Part shown: piece by piece, positions 59,267 through 64,000 of the stretch
Layout: each line of letters starts with the position of its first letter
Numbering within the stretch: position 1 is the stretch's first letter
Assembly: GCA_046563655.1 (NCBI GenBank)
Contig: CM102286.1
Coordinates: 8,060,001-8,124,000, forward strand
DNA length: 64,000 nucleotides
From: Yuukianura sp. NJ FZ-2021
Lineage: Eukaryota
Direction of reading: 5' to 3'
Program-made: the position numbers and the translations under genes
The notes under the pieces: generated by a model
Database searches by the model: none
The model's input: only the letters and a program-made list of their open reading frames with translations
What the model was told of the DNA's origin: nothing

Positions 59267-60132
59267 CTTTAGAATGTTGGATTTTAAGTAGGGCGTGAGT
59301 GGCAGCAGGCGCTGTGACAAATCCCAACTGTACCAAAAACTTGGCTCTGCACCGAACCAAACTTAAGTCGAAAGTTGTTTCACTCTGGAAAGTCAGAATG
59401 GTACTGACAGTCAAGTCTCTTGGAAAGAATTTTCTCGGGGAACTGGGAAGCGGGAGGAGAGAGGGAATTGAACCGATTTTCGGAGGAGTCCGTACGACTT
59501 CCCGTCTAACAGAAGCAGAAAGTTCAGGAGGAGGAAAAAGTAAAGCGACGACTAGCGGATTTTTAGCACTGCACCACAAGAACTATAACCTAGGCAAGCC
59601 GCGTAAAGAAATACCCACCTAAGTTTGCATCTTCTAGGATCCTGGAAGGATATGGAGAGAGATGCTGCAGAAAAAAGAGAAAGCAGCTTCACAGCACCAC
59701 CACTACCACTCGCCGCCTTTCATCGGCTTCGGTTGCCCGAAAAGACATCTTTCCCATACAAACTAATTTTAAGGCAAAACCCACCGCCACTCGCTCCTCC
59801 GCTTTCAGCTGGAGATCCCTAGTACACTAAGGCTAGGCCCTTTAAGGTTCCTTTACTTTTACTAGGTCTAACCTCTTCAGCTCCAGACCAAAAGCCACAC
59901 TAGTACGCACGTGTAGCCCACTTTGGAAAGTTTTTGGCAAATAAGAACCGCAACATTATCACCATCACCAACTCCGACTGCCAGAATCCCCGAATTCGGT
60001 GGCAAATTTGTTGCAAATCCAAGCTCTTTCCCTATTCACATGTTCCTTCCAGAATTCAGATTCTGCTTCTCACTTCACTTCTCTTCTCCAGGTTGATCAC
60101 AGTACAAATGAGACGCTCGCTATTCCACTGAA
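59267..60132 (-). promoter_or_regulatory. Candidate non-coding first exon and start site of norpA
   Basis: A perfect donor AAG|gtaagt lies at 59267/59266, a matching acceptor ttttttttctactttag precedes 56120, and an Inr-like TTCAGT occurs on the minus strand near 60127-60132. The upstream boundary is a guess. Confidence 0.35.
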
Positions 60133-61148
60133 CTCCGCTCGAAGTAATTTGGTAGATTCATTATGGTAATGGCGGAAGTTGAGTTTAATACGGCCGCACA
60201 AAGGTTCCTGTTGCTCACACTTTTAGTTTTTAAGCTCACTTGTAGTTACATCATGTAACTTACATGTATTCCATTTAAGTCCATTACGAAAACCCTCGTA
60301 ATAGTCTCTAATGACCCACGTTTTGTTCGTAAACTTGAGTGGCCTGTGTGGCCTAATTGAAAGGCAGTGGAAGTGGCCACTTTACGAAAACCAAATGACA
60401 GAGGATGTTCCAAAAGGATTTTAAACAAGATCAAGATATACTTAAATTCCTAATTTCAAACAACATCTCTGATATCTGTTCAGAGTCTAATAAGCTAACA
60501 AGCTAAAGTGCTCTGGAGGTAGATTACAGTCGTACTTTAAATACTTTTCATTGTGCTCTAACACACACCTAACCTTCAAATCTTCATTAAATATTTATTC
60601 TATCTCAACAAAAATTGTGTGATAGACAAGCAGCTTTTTTTACGAAACGAGTTTGACTCACTTTTACAAATGAGTTGTTTACCCGGTATAATTAAATCAC
60701 TAATGAATTTTCAAATCAGCATTTTCGGAGGTTTGCAAGGAGAAATTGTCAGATAATTACGGCTGTGACAATTAATGCCAATTATAAAATCGTTATGCCT
60801 AAAAATTTGGACTAGTTTTTTAGAGTTTAAGATTATTGCTAAACTCTGTTCAAGGAAAAACAGCAAGTTTTGGGAAGTGATAAACGGAAAAGGCCAAAGT
60901 TTGCAATTTAGTTTAATTTTTAAACGAACGACTTTTTAATTAGCGTTAATTGGAATGATTTAACCTTCACTCCAGGGTTAAATTGAAAAAAGTTTGAAGC
61001 TGATACGGCAATTCTCGTTTTGCAGGTGGTTTTAATTGACGCTATTCTTGTTTTCTACGTAGCTACTTGAAGTTCCAATTTTCAGCTTCTTTGCTTTATA
61101 GCGTTTTCCCGTTAACAGCTACAAACGTATTTATCAAAGACCGGCTTA

Positions 61149-61985
61149 AATAAACCGGTTGTAAACCGCACATAAAAAAGTAGCTTTAGCGTTTAGGTGT
61201 TTTTTTTTAACAAACAGGACTAATCAGCCCCCAGTGGAAGTGGGGGCGGGTCCCCCACTTTCCCGCACCCCACTCCCGGGGGAGTGGGGGTGTTTCCCCC
61301 ACTTTCCGCCACCCGAGGGGGAGTGCGGCAGTGTTTTCCACACTTTCTCACCCCCCCCCTCCCCCCATGCAAATGGGGGTGAGGTCAAGCAAAGATGTGA
61401 AGAGGTAGGATATGGATAAAGCAACAACAGAAGGAATGGGCACTGGACAGTGCATGAGTGTGTTGGTGAACTGCTGCGTAGTTGATTTTTTGCTAAGCAG
61501 AAAACCAACTCCCATGCCATTTACCTTTCCAGTCCCACAAGCAGAGTTTTTTATACCCACACTTCCTCCATCTAACAATTCACGTGAACTTTGAGATCGA
61601 TTTTGACCCGGAATGAGGTCACTGACCGGAATGATTTTGCAAACTTGATCTCACCCGGGTCATTAGCTGTTAAATGGTGAAAACCGGAACGAAATCGATC
61701 CAGTAGTTTCCGAGATAATTGTGCGGATATTTTCACCATTTTTCCATGGTGTTCCCTATGCCAAGACGGAAAACGCGATGACGGACAGGCTTTTCTTACG
61801 GGGCAAGACGGAAAACGCAATGACAATGCTTTCTGCTATGCCAAGACGGAAAACGCAATGACAATGCTTTCTGCTATGCCAAGACGGAAAACGCGCTGAC
61901 GGACCGGCTTCCCTTATGGGGACAAGACGGAAAACGTGATGACGGACAAAAACACATTTATAAAGTAGCTAAAGCTACTTAATAA
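61149..61985 (-). mobile_element. Family-A DINE-like element (~840 bp) with internal ~41-bp repeats
   Basis: It has the same end as 21351 (aataaaccggttgtaaaccgc.cataa), perfect 13-bp subTIRs aagtagctttagc (61178-61190) and gctaaagctactt (61968-61980), a G/C-tract core, and five caagacggaaaacg repeats at 61760-61950. Confidence 0.8.
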
Positions 61986-62309
61986 CTGAGGCAAATGAAG
62001 TCGTACGTTTAATTAAGCTTGTCAGTTTAGTTTATTCAAGGGCAAATTTCATGGCCACGGCTTAGACAAACTGGTCAAGCAAAGTAAGTCTGGCTAATGA
62101 ACGAGCAAGGTTGTCTTGGAATTAATTTCTAATTGAAAGTAATCTCTGTCTTGAGTTTGCAATTATAAGAAAGTAAAACCAAACTTCATCTGAAGACGAA
62201 CATAGCGGAAAATATTTTCAAAATTTTGTTCATCTTTCTTTTCGTGTCTAAACAGCTTTGGGATTCTGGTTAAGTCTCAATGAATTTGACTTCAATCTTC
62301 ATCATATTA

Positions 62310-63030
62310 ATTTCCTCGACTACAAGACGCACTCGTGTATAAGACGCACCCACAAATTATCAAAAATACATAAATAGTGGGAAAATCTAAAGTTTGAATA
62401 AGTTGACAACTCACATTTCACACTGGTTTCATAACTTTGCGGTCAAGTTAATTTCTACATCAGTATAACTTTTAAGTTTTTAACGATGGATGTGACACCG
62501 AAGGTCACTCGCAAATCAAAGGGATCCCGGATTTTTCTGCTAGCAACGAGTGATTTCATGAAAAGACACAATTTCTCACTTCGGTGCAGAACGTCCGTTG
62601 GTCAGCCAGAAAGTTGGGATTTTTTCGCGCTTATGGGGCTGAAAAGTGTCTGGGTTCAATTTCTCCAAAAAAACATTTATAACAATGTTCAATCTGAAAG
62701 GATGTATAAGTGGAGATTTGATGAATTAGATGAACAACGTTTTCTACAAATGCAAGTCGTCATTTTTTTTTTAAACTTTTTAGGAAGAGGCAGACAACTT
62801 GCCCAAAAGCATCAAAAAACGTCTGACGACGATTTGCAAGGGGGATCTATTTGATGGATTTGATGAATTCACACTAGATTAGAACAGATTAACGTAGAGT
62901 CTAGTACGTTTTCACACAACTCCTACTCTTGATGAAAAAAAAGTCTTTAGTTTTCAGGAAAAAAACAATTTTTTTTCAAAATCTTCCGAAATTTCTTGGA
63001 TAAGACGCGTCTTGTAGTCGAGGAAATACG
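62310..63030 (+). mobile_element. pogo-like non-autonomous element (~720 bp)
   Basis: Perfect 21-bp TIRs atttcctcgactacaagacgc (62310-62330) and gcgtcttgtagtcgaggaaat (63007-63027). The internal fragment DFMKRHNFSLRCRTSVGQ is a CENP-B-type HTH relic. Confidence 0.82.
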
Positions 63031-64000
63031 TATTTGAATTTTTCATTTTATTTATATCTATACTCATTCAGTTCATTTAAATAACGGCTATAATTATTAC
63101 ACTAAGTTGATGATATTATATGACTAAGTTGATAGTTAAATTAACGAGATATATGGTTGCTTGCCACGAGCAAGGTATTTTTATATGGAATACTCAAGAA
63201 TATGGAGCACTTACACTAGCTATACTTAGTGGCAAGGGAATGGCACTTTTTTCAAAATGGCCGCCGTCCTAATCAGCAATTGCATCTGAATAAGACGTTT
63301 TTTGCTCATGCGCAAAAACGTTTTGCACATGCGCAAAAAAACGTTTTGATGATGACGTCATCACCCCCCCCCCCCACTTCCGCACCCCCCACACCCCCAC
63401 TATATATCCCTCCCCCTATATCCTTTCCCGCCACGTGACCCCTAAGTCACGTGGCCCCGCCCCCAAACCACAATTGAAATTTATTTATTTAAAAAAAAAT
63501 ATTTAAAAAAAAACAATTATTTAAAAAAAAAAACAATTTTTGAAAAAAATCGTTTTTTGAAAAAAAATTTTTTTCTGGAATTTGGAAATTGGAAAATGTT
63601 TTGAAACTCGGAAATTGAAATTAAAAGTTAAATTAAATTTCCCTAGATTACCCCAACCTGAAATGTCAAGGTTACGCCAATTCTTTCAAGGTCACGCCAA
63701 TTTTTCAAGGTCATGCGCGCCCTTTGCATTGGCATATGAATTTGTGTCAGGTCATGCGCGCCCATTTCCAATTTCATGTAAATTCTCAAGGTAATGTAAC
63801 TCTTTTTTTTCAAAGTCAAGCGAGCATTTTGAAATTGTCAAGTCCCGGGAGCCCTTTTCTGGGATCCCGGGACCAAGAGGATCAAGTGTGGTGCATGGGC
63901 AGTATTTTCGGCTGGTCAGAGGATTAGTAGGGTGCCACTCGGCCACTGCCAAAACAAACCGCAAACCACTTCCGGTTAGCCTGCCCAAAGAAACCGCAAA

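Noticed and set aside
59256..59822. 107-aa ORFs on both strands upstream of norpA
   Set aside because: There is no recognisable domain, and the region is better explained as a moderately GC-rich 5' UTR exon.
62486..62854. 122-aa ORF as an intact transposase or domesticated CENP-B gene
   Set aside because: Only a short HTH-like fragment is recognisable, there is no DDE domain, and the sister copy is frameshifted.

Overview
This is AT-rich eukaryotic genomic DNA, most likely arthropod given the protein similarities and the mostly 60-100 nt GT-AG introns. It is not prokaryotic and contains no CRISPR, rRNA or tRNA. Three complete spliced genes can be assembled by hand with consistent exon phases: Arp2 (minus, 260-3152, 9 exons, 394 aa), a group II PAK/mbt kinase (plus, 7271-10132, 8 coding exons, ~754 aa) and a norpA/PLC-beta4-type phospholipase C (minus, 12526-55992, 23 coding exons per isoform, ~1100 aa). 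The PLC gene has a pair of mutually exclusive 80-nt exons. Arp2 has a candidate 18-nt D-loop microexon with a UGC acceptor motif and a GCAUG cluster downstream. Two PLC introns are greatly expanded by repeats. One holds a 14-kb array of a 388-bp dimeric satellite with higher-order structure. The other holds 255-bp and 248-bp arrays inside nested Helentron/DINE-like elements. The window also has a canonical mini-Helitron, a second DINE-like family flanked by TTATT, three MULE-like MITEs with 9-bp TSDs, pogo-like relics and a short poly(A) retro-insertion. I see no convincing new protein-coding system. The best candidates for novelty are the splicing features and the rolling-circle-element/satellite interplay. 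All family assignments come from recalled motifs, not from database searches.
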